A DNA stretch of 64,000 bases from Terriglobia bacterium. Its GTDB lineage: Bacteria; Acidobacteriota; Terriglobia; 20CM-2-55-15. This document shows, piece after piece, positions 48,052 to 59,210 of this stretch; position 1 is the first letter of the stretch; every line of letters starts with the position of its first letter. The stretch covers positions 192,001 to 256,000 of the forward strand of contig CAXWPJ010000005.1 of assembly GCA_963664115.2 (NCBI GenBank). Reading direction: 5' to 3'. The translations under genes and the position numbers were made by a program. Under the pieces are notes generated by a model. The model had not been told where the DNA came from. It worked only from the letters and a program-made list of their open reading frames with translations, and did not search any database.

Positions 48052-50298
48052 ATGTCATCGAAACACTCCAGCACCGATCAGGACCGTGTCCGCACGCTTG
48101 AACAACAGTTAGCGCGCAAGGATCTGCGGATTGCCGAACAGGAAGGAGTGCTCGACGGCATTCTCCGCTCTCGCTCTTGGAGATGGACCCAATCACTGCG
48201 TTCGATCGCGTCCCGAATCCGCCATCTTGCCCGAGGCGAGGGTGGAGGGCCGCCCAACCGGATCTCGAAGATCAATGCCCCAGCGTCAAAGTCAGCCGGT
48301 GGCGGCGTGGACTTCAAGAAGGGATTCGCGCAGTCCTCGAACATCGTTCTGGAGGAGTTTCTGGCCTCAGGGTCAAGGTTAGTCATCCCGACGACCGAAG
48401 AACCGCGTGTCTCCGTCATCCTGGTCGTCTGCAATCGAGCGGAATTAACGCTTCCCTGCCTTCGTTCTCTGGCCGAACGAGCCCAAATCGGATTTGAACT
48501 CATCGTCATCGATAACGGGTCGACGGATCGAACCACTGCACTGTTTGACAGAGTCGATGGCGCTCGATTCTATCGGAACGACGAGAACCTCTATTTCATA
48601 CATGCAGTCAATCAAGGCGCCGCCCGGGCCCGCGGGTCCCATCTATTGCTTTTGAACAACGACGCAATCTTATTACCGGGAGCGATCGACACCTTGGCGG
48701 CCACGATTGAAAGTTCGCCTGACATCGGAGCCGTCGGAGGAAAGATCGTCTTCCTGGACGGAAAACTTCAGGAAGCGGGGAGCATCATTTGGAACAACGG
48801 TGCCTGCTTCGGCTACGGCCGGGGAGACGATCCTCTGGCCCCTCCGTATATGTTCCGGAGAGACGTCGACTACTGTTCCGGTGCGTTGTTACTCATGCGA
48901 AAAGATCTCTTCGACAAACTTGAAGGCTTCGACGACGTATTCAGCCCGGCGTATTACGAAGAAACAGACTACTGCGTGCGACTTTGGGATGCAGGCTATC
49001 GCGTGGTCTTCGAACCGGGCGCCTCGATTCTTCATTACGAATTCGCATCGCGCAGTCCGGACGAAGCATCCCAACTTCAGACGCAGCATCGCCAATTATT
49101 TGTCGAGAGGAATCAGGCTCGGGTTGACACATTCCGTTCCGAAAGTGACGCGAACGTTCTGTATGCGAGAACCGCAGGAAAGCCCAAGCAACGGATCTTG
49201 GTAATCGACGATCGCGTACCCCACCCCTACCTTGGATCCGGATTTCCCCGGGCACACCGAATGCTCACGCGCCTCGTTGAATGGAGTCATTTCGTGACGA
49301 TGTATCCGACCGCGGTCATCGATGAGGATTGGGATCAGGCTTACCGAGATGTGCCTCGTGAAGTGGAGATCATGCTGCACAGTGGTGAAGGGGGCCTTCA
49401 AGGGTTTCTGGAGGGACGTCGTAATTTCTACGACGTCATCCTTGTGAGCCGTCCCCACAACATGGAAAAACTGGCATTGCATCTGGAACAACACCCGGAG
49501 TGGTTTTCCAAAACACGGCTTGTCTATGATGCAGAGGCTATCTTTGCCGCACGTGAAGTGCGAAAACACGAAATCCCGGGAAACTCCGAAGAAGTCCGGA
49601 AACACCAGGAGCTGGTCGTTAAGGAAATCAAACTGGCACAGTCAGCGCAAACTGTCGTTTCTGTATCGGAAGCCGAGGCACGCGCCTTTCGCGGCGATGG
49701 GGTTCGGCATGTCCATGTTCTGGGTCACGCACTCGACGTCGACCCCACACCGGAACGGTTTAGCGAAAGGTCCGGCATTCTGTTTGTCGGCGCCGTTCAC
49801 ACGGATGCGAGCCCGAATGGGGATGCGGTGATCTGGCTCGGTGAAGAAATTCTACCCAAAATCCGCCTCGTCTTGGAAGACGTGTCGCTCACAGTCGTCG
49901 GCATCAATGAATCCGATCGCATTTGGTCCATGGCGTCCGACGCATTTCAAATCATGGGTCCCCGCAAGGAACTTCGTTCTCTATACGCGGACAAGCGGAT
50001 ATTCATTGCGCCGACGCGTTTTTCAGCCGGTGTCCCGCATAAAATACATGAAGCCGCGGCCCACGGAATTCCCGTCGTCGCAACTCCGTTGCTTGCCCAG
50101 CAACTGGGTTGGACCGATGGCGAGGAATTACTGGTCGGCGACACGGCCGAGCACCTCGCCGAACGCTCAATCGAGTTGTACACGAACCCGGCTCTCTGGG
50201 AAAAAATACGAGGCCAGGCCCTGGAACGTGTTGTCCGGGATTGTTCTCCCGATCAGTTTGATCGAACTCTCCGTGAAGTGATCGGGGGCGGATCGTAG
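48052..50298 (+). CDS. Glycosyltransferase, GT2 plus GT4-like fusion
   Basis: DNGSTD, LLNND, YYEETD and a C-terminal GT-B domain (AG...K..EA). Confidence 0.9.
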   Translation: MSSKHSSTDQDRVRTLEQQLARKDLRIAEQEGVLDGILRSRSWRWTQSLRSIASRIRHLARGEGGGPPNRISKINAPASKSAGGGVDFKKGFAQSSNIVLEEFLASGSRLVIPTTEEPRVSVILVVCNRAELTLPCLRSLAERAQIGFELIVIDNGSTDRTTALFDRVDGARFYRNDENLYFIHAVNQGAARARGSHLLLLNNDAILLPGAIDTLAATIESSPDIGAVGGKIVFLDGKLQEAGSIIWNNGACFGYGRGDDPLAPPYMFRRDVDYCSGALLLMRKDLFDKLEGFDDVFSPAYYEETDYCVRLWDAGYRVVFEPGASILHYEFASRSPDEASQLQTQHRQLFVERNQARVDTFRSESDANVLYARTAGKPKQRILVIDDRVPHPYLGSGFPRAHRMLTRLVEWSHFVTMYPTAVIDEDWDQAYRDVPREVEIMLHSGEGGLQGFLEGRRNFYDVILVSRPHNMEKLALHLEQHPEWFSKTRLVYDAEAIFAAREVRKHEIPGNSEEVRKHQELVVKEIKLAQSAQTVVSVSEAEARAFRGDGVRHVHVLGHALDVDPTPERFSERSGILFVGAVHTDASPNGDAVIWLGEEILPKIRLVLEDVSLTVVGINESDRIWSMASDAFQIMGPRKELRSLYADKRIFIAPTRFSAGVPHKIHEAAAHGIPVVATPLLAQQLGWTDGEELLVGDTAEHLAERSIELYTNPALWEKIRGQALERVVRDCSPDQFDRTLREVIGGGS

Positions 50299-50302
50299 CT
50301 AG

Positions 50303-52151
50303 ACCCAAAACAAGCGCATAACCAGTCCGCCGAGGCCCAGTTCGCGCCGATAGAATTCGAGGCATAGAATCCCGTTCCCGGATGGCCTGTTCCAGGTATC
50401 GAGTTTCTGTTGAATCTGTTTCAGTTCAGCCTCGCTGGTGTTGGACGGTTGACAGAAACCGGGACCTCGATCGCCCGGGCTCAGAGTCATGATCGGGTCA
50501 ACATCGCAGAGGCTGACGCAACACATCCACCCCGCGGAACAAGACCGGCAACCACCGGTTCCAGGCCAGGATCCGGAACAGAATGCGCCGCCCGGTGCGC
50601 ACGAGTTGGCACGGCACAAGCATGAAAGCGTTCAAGAAGGTTTTGAACTCCATGCGCAGCACGGTTTGCTTCTCAGCCTGATATTTTTGGCCCCAACGTC
50701 CGGTTTCGGGAAGCAGCAATGCAAACCACGCTTTCAGTGTCCAGGCCAGTGACGCGATCACCATGTAGGCCCAGTTGCTGGTCTGATCTCCGACCGGCAT
50801 CCGCAACGCCTGAACGCCGTTCTTCAACTGCTCAATGAGATTCTCCTGATTGCACCGTTGATTGGCACGCATCACAATCTGGTCGGCCGGATCCGAACGG
50901 TTGGTAATGTAGAAGAAGTACCGGATGTCGTCAAACAACACCTGCTCTCCTTTGGCCACCGACAGATTCTTCCGCACCACGACGACACGGTAGTCCCGAT
51001 CGCAGGCTCCGGGTCGATACCGAAACTCGGCCACATCCTCACCCTGCAAGCGGATATTGTCGAAACCGCGCTGCCGAACGATCTCTTCCTTCACGTTGTC
51101 GGGACGTTGGCGCGGTTCGGTCGCCACGTCGTATTTCGCGGGCCGTTCCAGGCGCTTCCACTGGCGCGGCTCCAGTTCATCGGCCCGGGCCTTCAGGTTC
51201 GCCATCGCGTCAATCCCGAATATGAAACCCACCTGCTGGTCGTCCCATCCGTCCAGATGCCGGGTCTGGCTGAAGTCCGTGTCCCCGCGCAGCAGGATCT
51301 GGCGAAACCCCGCATGCCGGCACAATGCGATGGCTTGGTCGAACCGGACCGCGGCTCCTTCATGCGACGGCCGGTTGCCGCTACGATTGACCAGATACAG
51401 CGGTTCGGCGGTGTTGGCCAGCGAGATCATCAGCGGGTGATATCCCCACGTCCCGTCGTAGGCCACGTCCATCCCTTGCTTGCATTCCCCCGTGGTTTCG
51501 GCCAGTGTCCCGTCCGCGTCCAACACCGCTTCTTCGAAAAACGCCGCCGGTTGCTGTCGCCAGACTCCGAGCCGGACTTGATTGGTTGCCTCCATCAGAC
51601 ACTCCACGTCGTCGGCCTCGAATCTCCGGCAGAAGTCTCCCGCCGTCGTCGGATCCGGAATCCGTTGCGCTCCCAGCGCATCCAGATACACCGCATCGTT
51701 GCGCCGCAGTTCGATGTCTTCCAGGCACGTTCCTCCGCTCAAGGCGTTGTAGGCGATGTTCAGCACGTGATCCGACTCGTGATACGGCAGGTGCCGCTTC
51801 AACACATGCACGCCCTTGTCGATGGCTTCGATCAGCCCGGTCCGCCGCGCCACCAGTTGCATCGTCCCGATACCACCAACCGATGTGCCCCGCGTCCGCT
51901 CTCCCATCTCGTACTGAATGTTGCTCGCCGAAAACATCGGCTCTACCTGATCCGTCCAATGCCGGTCCCCAAGCCGACGTTCGATTCGCCGCTTGCGGTT
52001 CCTCATGTTCTTGCGCGTATAATCGTTCATCTGAAATGCCTCCTTTTCCGAAGAATCTGTTCAAGGTTTTTTTCGCACGGAGAGGGGGCATTTCGGGTAC
52101 TTCCGCTCTTATTGCACTATCATTTCCTCGTCAATCACGCTTGTTCAGGGG
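50303..52151 (-). mobile_element. IS1380-family copy 3 (transposase 50498..52030)
   Basis: Same 510-aa transposase as copy 2; CTAG on both flanks. Confidence 0.93.
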
Positions 52152-52592
52152 CTAGAGTTGGGAGTTCGCCACATAGGATGTCGTCGGAACTCGGAGATAA
52201 TATTCTTACTCTGAACGCCTCGGCTACCGCCTCGTTGTTCACCCGCACCGTCGGACCGGTGCGGGTTTGATTAAAGAACTGCATCAACAATTCTTAATCC
52301 CCAATACGCCTCTCCATCAGGATGATGGAGAGGGTCGCCGGTCGTTCGGCCCAACGCGCTCGGCGCGACAGAGATGGCCGGCCGTTTGAACGACCGAGCG
52401 AAATCTTATGTGAGGAACTTCCAATTCAGGACACCAGTCCACTCGTAGCACAGAGTTCCCCACACCGTTGTACTCACCACTCATATGTCACACAGCCGTC
52501 GTATGAATGACACTAATCCTTGCCGAGACTAAACCTTTCCGTGTCGCATCCTGTCTAACCGAAAAACCGTACCAATGTGTGCGGTTCAACTC

Positions 52593-54449
52593 ATGAAGAC
52601 GAATCGAACTACCCGGCCCAGGCTGTCTCTGTCATTCGTCCTGATTGGCGTGTTGTGCCTTCTCCTTCCGGTATTGGCCTTTCTTCAATACCGGTGGATT
52701 GGTCAGGTGAGCGCGGCCGAGCGCGAGCGGCTGGAGGAGGGTCTGGGCAATGCAGCGCGCCGCTTCGTTGAAGACATTTTCCGGGAATTCTCCGACGTCG
52801 CCTCGAATTTCCAGCTTCAGGCCACTACGGAAACTGACCCCTTGGAAGCGCAGCTTTCCCGAAGCCTGGAACACTGGAATAGCACCGCCGCCTACCCCGA
52901 CATCGTACGGTCGGTCTTTATTTCCGAATTGAACTCGGCAGGCGAACTGGTCCTCGGTCGATTTGATCCGGAGATCGGGTCCCTGGACACGACGGAGTGG
53001 CCGAAGTCGATGGATGGCCTGAAGCTTCGTCTCGATCGAATCACGGACTTTCAGCGCGCGGATTCTTCTGGAACGCCATTTGATTCCCGACCGAACGCGT
53101 TTCGTGACCTGGCTTCTGTTTCCGGTGACAGTGATTCGGTCTGGGTCCTGGTGCCACTCGTCAGGGCAGCCGATTTATTGATCGGGAACATTCAGCGGAC
53201 GCTCGCGGGCTGGACCTTGATTGAAATCGACAGCGATGTCCTCGCAGCCGAGTTGCTCCCAGCCACAGTGGTCACACACTTCGATGCACGGGATTACAAA
53301 GTCGTCGTGTTCGAATCGGACCGATCTGACCGGGTCGTATTCCGATCCGAAGAAACGTTATCCCGAAACGGAATGGCCTCGCCCGACCTGGCCGTCACCG
53401 CGTTCGCTTCCGAACCGCTCGGACCCGGTGGCCTGGCGACCCTGGCCCCCCAACGGGGCCGAGGTCGCAGGATTCCACCCGGACGCCTCACGAATCGCGA
53501 TCCAAGGTCCGAGGGCCGGGGCCCGGGCCGGCGCCTCGGTCCTCAGGCAATTCCCTTTACCCTGTTCGGAGCTTCATGGCAGTTGGTCGCTCAGCATCAG
53601 GCGGGTTCACTCGAGAGTGCCGTATCGACTCTTCGACGGCGCAACCTGTTTGTTGGACTTGGAATCCTGGCACTGCTCGGCGTGTCGGCGATCATGACAA
53701 TCGTGTGGGCTGAACGGCTCCGTTCCATCGGCCGACTCCAAATGGAATTCGCGGCAGGAATATCTCACGAAATAAGAACTCCGCTTACCACGATACGCAC
53801 GGCGGCACACAACATCGCGTCCGGCGTCGTGAGCAAACCTGAAGAAATCCGCGAATACGCAATGATGGTGAAGGACGAGGGCAGACGACTCTCTCAGATG
53901 GTGGACCAGACCATAGAGTTTGCTCAGACCGAATCGGGCCGTCGCCACTACGAACTGCGTCGGGTGGACATCGGCCGGGTGATCGAGCGAACGCTCGGCG
54001 TCACGTTTGCGTCATCGGACGCGGCGCAGCAGAAAGTCTCGATCGATATTGCTCCGACGCTGCCCTGTGTCCTTGCTGATGAGACCGCTCTGACGCACTC
54101 ACTGGGAAATCTCATCGTGAATGCACTCAAGTACGGAGCCGGGGATGGGACTGTCGTAATCGAGGCGCATCCAGACACCCGGACGAATCGAGTGCAGCTC
54201 AGCGTGAGCAACTCAGGAACAACGATCGATTCCTCCGACATCCAGCACATATTCGAACCTTTTTATCGCGGCCGACAGATCGGTCAAACACCCGGAAGCG
54301 GTCTGGGGCTGAGTTTGGTTCGAAAAATGATCGAGGGCCAGAACGGCAAAGTCACGGTATCGAGTCAAGCGGGCAAGACGCGGTTTACGCTGCACATACC
54401 TGTGGCGCCACCGATCGAAAATGCGATTTCGACAGGAGCAGTGCTTTGA
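52593..54449 (+). CDS. Sensor histidine kinase
   Basis: Two TM helices; SHEIRTPL, NA.KY, F.PFYR and GSGLGL. Confidence 0.92.
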   Translation: MKTNRTTRPRLSLSFVLIGVLCLLLPVLAFLQYRWIGQVSAAERERLEEGLGNAARRFVEDIFREFSDVASNFQLQATTETDPLEAQLSRSLEHWNSTAAYPDIVRSVFISELNSAGELVLGRFDPEIGSLDTTEWPKSMDGLKLRLDRITDFQRADSSGTPFDSRPNAFRDLASVSGDSDSVWVLVPLVRAADLLIGNIQRTLAGWTLIEIDSDVLAAELLPATVVTHFDARDYKVVVFESDRSDRVVFRSEETLSRNGMASPDLAVTAFASEPLGPGGLATLAPQRGRGRRIPPGRLTNRDPRSEGRGPGRRLGPQAIPFTLFGASWQLVAQHQAGSLESAVSTLRRRNLFVGLGILALLGVSAIMTIVWAERLRSIGRLQMEFAAGISHEIRTPLTTIRTAAHNIASGVVSKPEEIREYAMMVKDEGRRLSQMVDQTIEFAQTESGRRHYELRRVDIGRVIERTLGVTFASSDAAQQKVSIDIAPTLPCVLADETALTHSLGNLIVNALKYGAGDGTVVIEAHPDTRTNRVQLSVSNSGTTIDSSDIQHIFEPFYRGRQIGQTPGSGLGLSLVRKMIEGQNGKVTVSSQAGKTRFTLHIPVAPPIENAISTGAVL

Positions 54450-55153
54450 ATGCCGTAGTAGCCGACCCACGACGACGCGTTCTCCTGGTCGAAGACGAAG
54501 CAGCTCTGGCACGCACCCTGGTGGACCTGCTGCACGCGGAGGGATATCAAGTCGAAACTCGCGCCGATGGTGCTCTTGCGCTGGATGCTGCTTGCAAGGA
54601 AGCCCACGATCTCATAGTGCTGGACGTGATGCTCCCGTCCATGGACGGATTCGAAATTTCGGACACGCTTCGCAAGCGGGGAATCAACACTCCCATCATC
54701 ATGTTGACAGCCCGCGATGAACTTGGAGACAAAGTGGAGGGGCTCCGATCCGGCGCCGACGACTACCTGACCAAGCCTTTCGAAGCGGAAGAGCTTCTTG
54801 CCAGAATCGAAGCTCTATTGCGCCGCACCTGCAAAGATACCGGTAGTGACCTGATGTCCTATGAATTCGGGGAAGTTCAAATCGACTTCGCCAGGAATCG
54901 ATTGATCGGCAGCGCGACAGCAACCAACCTGACGGAACAGGAATCCCGACTGCTGCGCTATCTGGTGCGTCATCGGGGCGAGGTCGTTTCTCGGGAAGCG
55001 CTGCTGACGGAAGTTTGGGGTTACCGATCGATACCCTTCACGAGAACAGTTGACGTGCATATTGCTTGGCTGAGACAAAAGATTGAGCCGAACCCGAAAT
55101 CACCACGCTACATCACAACCGTTCGGGGACAAGGTTACCGCTTTGACGGCTGA
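54446..55153 (+). CDS. OmpR/PhoB-family response regulator
   Basis: LDVMLP, GADDY.TKPF and RTVDVHI..LR.K. Confidence 0.94.
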   Translation: MNAVVADPRRRVLLVEDEAALARTLVDLLHAEGYQVETRADGALALDAACKEAHDLIVLDVMLPSMDGFEISDTLRKRGINTPIIMLTARDELGDKVEGLRSGADDYLTKPFEAEELLARIEALLRRTCKDTGSDLMSYEFGEVQIDFARNRLIGSATATNLTEQESRLLRYLVRHRGEVVSREALLTEVWGYRSIPFTRTVDVHIAWLRQKIEPNPKSPRYITTVRGQGYRFDG

Positions 55154-55247
55154 GAAGCAGAGTGACACACCGATTCCTGAAACGATGCTGCGACACAACC
55201 GTAGACATTCCGGGGTGGACGCGCCACCCCGAAACTGTCCGTAGTAT

Positions 55248-55790
55248 TTACCGGCCGGGGCGAGGCCTCGGGGAATCGCCACCCCGACCGCCGCGGGGAC
55301 CATCGCCGCGACCTGAGCCGTCGCCACGACCCGAAGCGCCGCCACGGAACGCCTCGATGCTGTCGAGTTTTTCCTGCTGGTTCAAGGTCAGCAAGCTCCG
55401 GAACTCAGCCATGAATTCCTCATTGATCGCACGTAGCTGCTCCTGCAGTTCGCGATGAGCCAGAACCGCATTTCCGATGACCGTCGGATCTCCGCTATCG
55501 GTGGCCGCCCGAAGGGCTTCGCGAGCCGAGTTTATCTGGACCTGAAATGCCTCCTGTGTGGCCTGACGCTGTTCGAACAAGGCCTCGGCGCTCGCCACCT
55601 GCGATGGAGTTAATTCCAGAGCCGTTGTGAGTCTTTCGAGAGGATTCCGTTCTCCCCCTCCCCTCCGCTCGCCATCACTCACACCCTCAGGAGGGTCAAA
55701 GTCACCTCGGCGTCCTCGAGGTCCCTGTGCAAGGACGGGCAAAGCCAGAGCAAAACACAAAGTCGTTAGTCCTATAATTTTAAAATTCAT
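55248..55790 (-). CDS. Spy/CpxP-like periplasmic protein
   Basis: Signal peptide; LT..Q motifs (LELTPSQ, LTLNQQ); Gly/Arg-rich tails. Confidence 0.75.
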   Translation of the reverse strand: MNFKIIGLTTLCFALALPVLAQGPRGRRGDFDPPEGVSDGERRGGGERNPLERLTTALELTPSQVASAEALFEQRQATQEAFQVQINSAREALRAATDSGDPTVIGNAVLAHRELQEQLRAINEEFMAEFRSLLTLNQQEKLDSIEAFRGGASGRGDGSGRGDGPRGGRGGDSPRPRPGR

Positions 55791-56008
55791 CACTGAGTCT
55801 CCTTCTAAATCGTGTTGTCCAGGTTCGGATTCATGGACTGACTGCATCCTGCAATTCAGCCCTCGCAAGTGAGGGTCAGCACCCGCATTGGGGTCTCAGT
55901 ACGGGTGGGGCCTGTCACTTCTCAATTGGACAAACGATTCAAAGAAAGGGTGTGTTAAACGATGTTAAAGAGGATTTCTTGACTTAAAGGAATAGGAAGA
56001 ATCGTCGG

Positions 56009-56611
56009 TCACTGGCCGCTCTCGATCATGCGTTCGGTCTGGTGCGTCCGCAGCAATTCGGCGCCGATCCGCTTGCTCAGGTACAGTTTGGATTCCCGAT
56101 GGTCGTCCAGGTCCGGCTGCAGTTTGACCACGTTGAATTGCAAATGATCCAGGGTCGACCGCAGCGGGTAGAACTTGTTTTTCGTCTTGACGACAAACTC
56201 GTGATAGCCGTGCTGGTGCGCCCATTCCTCCTGCTGTTCGGTGAGCGCGCGGTAGTGCCCCTGACCCCGCCAGTCCTTTCGCGTGCCGCCAATCCAGCTG
56301 TAAAAAATTTTTCGATCGGGAAACTGCACGCATCCGGAAATCTGACTGACCAAATCGACGAGTTTGGCCTGGGTTTCAAACTCGCGAAGTTCGTGGCCGA
56401 CCTTGAACGCGACAGGAATCAGCTCATCGTCGTCTTCCGATAGCCGAGCCATGGAAAGCAGTATCAGACATTCCCTGTCGGAGAGGCGCTCCATGATTTC
56501 GTCTACAGTTTTTTTGTTTCTGAATTCCGGAAAATTTTCTTCAATGTACTGCACCTCCAAAGCACCTTGTTCGACGTCGTACTGCCGGACCACATGCTTC
56601 ATGCCGACCAC
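56009..56611 (-). CDS. GNAT-family acetyltransferase-like protein
   Basis: YSWIGG...WRGQG and VKT.N.F. Confidence 0.75.
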   Translation of the reverse strand: MVGMKHVVRQYDVEQGALEVQYIEENFPEFRNKKTVDEIMERLSDRECLILLSMARLSEDDDELIPVAFKVGHELREFETQAKLVDLVSQISGCVQFPDRKIFYSWIGGTRKDWRGQGHYRALTEQQEEWAHQHGYHEFVVKTKNKFYPLRSTLDHLQFNVVKLQPDLDDHRESKLYLSKRIGAELLRTHQTERMIESGQ

Positions 56612-56665
56612 GATAACACGTTTCGAAACCCCTCATAAGCGTCGATAAATCGGATTACTACACGC

Positions 56666-56694
56666 AAAAAGGCGCACCTGCCAGAGTGCGCCTT
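56666..56694 (-). terminator. Rho-independent terminator after the FKBP gene
   Basis: AAGGCGCAC/GTGCGCCTT stem followed by a U-tract. Confidence 0.7.
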
Positions 56695-56716
56695 ACCATG
56701 AGACTTGTGCTGATCG

Positions 56717-57136
56717 TTAGAGGATGCCGAACAGCTCGACTTCGAAGTTCAGAGTCGCGTTCGGCGGTATCACGCCCCCCGCACCCCGACTGCCGTAACC
56801 GAGATCGGGCGGGATAATCAGCTCGCGTTTTCCACCGATCTTCATGCCGACGACACCTTCGTCCCAGCCACCGATCACGCTACCCGCTCCGAGTCTGAAC
56901 TCGAAGGGCTGGCCGCGGTCCACGGAACTGTCGAACTTGGCCGCGCGGGCGCCATCCACCCAAAGCCAGCCGGTGTAATGAACCTGGACCGTGACGCCGG
57001 CAACAGCCTCGGTGCCGTCACCCACTGTGTGATCAATATATTGGAGTCCTGAGTCAGTCGTAGTCATATTGGATTGTGCGACGGCATAGGCGGCCACACT
57101 TAGAATCAGGCTCAAAAACACCATTGATTTTTTCAT
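56717..57136 (-). CDS. FKBP-type peptidyl-prolyl isomerase
   Basis: VHYTG, FDSS, VI.GWDEG and IPPNATL.FEVEL. Confidence 0.95.
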   Translation of the reverse strand: MKKSMVFLSLILSVAAYAVAQSNMTTTDSGLQYIDHTVGDGTEAVAGVTVQVHYTGWLWVDGARAAKFDSSVDRGQPFEFRLGAGSVIGGWDEGVVGMKIGGKRELIIPPDLGYGSRGAGGVIPPNATLNFEVELFGIL

Positions 57137-57203
57137 GCCGTAGTGGCTCCTCTCGCTTGAACAATTTTAGTCATATCGCCTTTGAGTACACGATTAATGT
57201 TGC

Positions 57204-58997
57204 TTAGGGGACGGATGGAATGAGTTGGGGTTGAATTTGCGACTGGCTGGCTTGTTCGATCTCGATGCGCTCACCAAAGTCTTCGTAAAGGTCGACAAAG
57301 CCCGGGTCCTGGAACGCACCAGCGGGGGCGTCTTCCCAAGCGAAGACGCGGTAATTTCCAGGAGCAATACCGGTCAAAGTAAACCGTCCATATTGGTCAG
57401 CGCTGGCAACTTTATAAAGATCGTTCCGTTCCGGGTCTTCCGGGATCAAAACGACTTGAGCCCCCGTATATGTCTGGTCGGATCGGATCCGAACGGTCCC
57501 GTCCAGCGTCCCCCCGGCTCCGCTGACCCAGAATTCAATCGGCCCAAGATCGGCTGTGACTTGAATACCCTCGCCCAGGACGTCGCGTCCGCCGATAACC
57601 GCCGCGGCGAGGTAAGCGCCATCGGGTAAGCCGGTGAGCGACACCCTGTGGTTAGTCTGACTCACGTTGTCGATGGCGAAAGTTCCGTCATCGGCCACCC
57701 TCCCATTCGGTGATCCTACGGGGAGGTTCTCGGTGGCCCGCAGACGTACCCGCATACGGGAAACGTTAATCTCGCTGGCGCTCTGGTCCACAAGAACGCG
57801 TCCGGTCACCGGGACATTCTGACGAACAGGAATGATGAGTCCCCGAACATCATCAGCACCCACTTCGATATCCAGAAAACCTGCCATTCGAACGCCGCCG
57901 CCCCCGCGACCACGGTCCTGGCGCGAACGCACCATGGCAACCAATGTGTAAGAACCCGGAACAACACCCGCAAGCTCGAACGTGCCATCAGAATTCACGC
58001 CCCCACCGCCGCGTCCCCCACGCCCGCCACCACGAAACGCAAAACGGCCTGCCGCAACGGCACTGTTCCTTTGGGCGATCGTGACGGTCGGGACCAGACT
58101 CTCCTGTTCGGAGAACGGTCCGACCACAGCCCCACTGAGGACAACGGCGCGCGTCGGCAGAACCGTAAAATCTACGGCGCGCACTTCCGATGCAGGCGTA
58201 ACTGTCAGCGGTGACGCAGTCACAGGATCATGGGTGCCGGGGTAATAGGTATCGACGTAAATTTCCTCCATGGGGTCCGACGCGGCCAGGTCCACCAGGA
58301 GGCCTTCTCGCAGCTCCAGCGCCGGCGGCCGTCCTGCCAGAAAGGATTCCCGCAACCTCGAGGCGGCCCGGAAGCGGGCCTCGAACGTCGCGCTGATGTA
58401 GTATTCGCCTAGCGTCAGCCAATAGAGCCGGTATTCCCCCAGATCATTGGTCTGAGTCTGGCGCACAGGAGAAAGAACTCTCCCCTCTGCGCCATATTCG
58501 TAGCGGAACGCACGCACGCTCGCACCGACGATCGGCTCCCCATCCTCGTCAAACACACGTCCTGAAATCGTTCCCGTTGGAATCAGACTGACAAGGACAT
58601 CCTGAACCTGCTGACCGGGGACAAGAACCAATACCGTTCCCGGACGATTGGTACTGACCTGACCATACTCCTGGTCGACATACCCGTCACGCTCGATGTG
58701 CAGCCGGTAACTTCCCGCCTGGATGTTGGTGAGCAGGAACCCGCCACCGGCATCGGTCACCGCACCGAAGACCGGTTCACGGCCCTCGATGGAACGCAAC
58801 ACGATGCGCGCCTTGGAGAGTGGCTCTCCGGTACCGCTCTTAACAACGTAGCCTTCAATGCGGGCCGGATCAGGATCTTCTTGATTGGAGTTTGAGACTG
58901 GCGTCTGGGCACAAACCAGCGAAGCGGACAGGAGTCCGGTCAGGATCAGAAAACCTGGGCGTCTCAACATTATTGAGTGCGTCTGGAACAAAATCAC
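57204..58997 (-). CDS. Carboxypeptidase regulatory-like domain exported protein
   Basis: Repeated ISGRV.D..G.P, TND.GEYR, TYYPG and G.APG.Y. Confidence 0.8.
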   Translation of the reverse strand: MILFQTHSIMLRRPGFLILTGLLSASLVCAQTPVSNSNQEDPDPARIEGYVVKSGTGEPLSKARIVLRSIEGREPVFGAVTDAGGGFLLTNIQAGSYRLHIERDGYVDQEYGQVSTNRPGTVLVLVPGQQVQDVLVSLIPTGTISGRVFDEDGEPIVGASVRAFRYEYGAEGRVLSPVRQTQTNDLGEYRLYWLTLGEYYISATFEARFRAASRLRESFLAGRPPALELREGLLVDLAASDPMEEIYVDTYYPGTHDPVTASPLTVTPASEVRAVDFTVLPTRAVVLSGAVVGPFSEQESLVPTVTIAQRNSAVAAGRFAFRGGGRGGRGGGGVNSDGTFELAGVVPGSYTLVAMVRSRQDRGRGGGGVRMAGFLDIEVGADDVRGLIIPVRQNVPVTGRVLVDQSASEINVSRMRVRLRATENLPVGSPNGRVADDGTFAIDNVSQTNHRVSLTGLPDGAYLAAAVIGGRDVLGEGIQVTADLGPIEFWVSGAGGTLDGTVRIRSDQTYTGAQVVLIPEDPERNDLYKVASADQYGRFTLTGIAPGNYRVFAWEDAPAGAFQDPGFVDLYEDFGERIEIEQASQSQIQPQLIPSVP

Positions 58998-59210
58998 CTC
59001 GCTCGGTTATCGAGCAACCTGACAGTCATTTTATCACTATCATTCCGACAACCTACCAACTGCAAAGCCCATAGTATTCATTCGGACACCAAGAATATGA
59101 TTTCGTTTCAGGATTTGTGTTCACGCAGGACATTCACAGAGAAGGAAAATATTCGCATGTGCAAATCATTCCCCCGTTCCGGCCCCTGCCTTGTGTAACT
59201 ATTTCCACTG

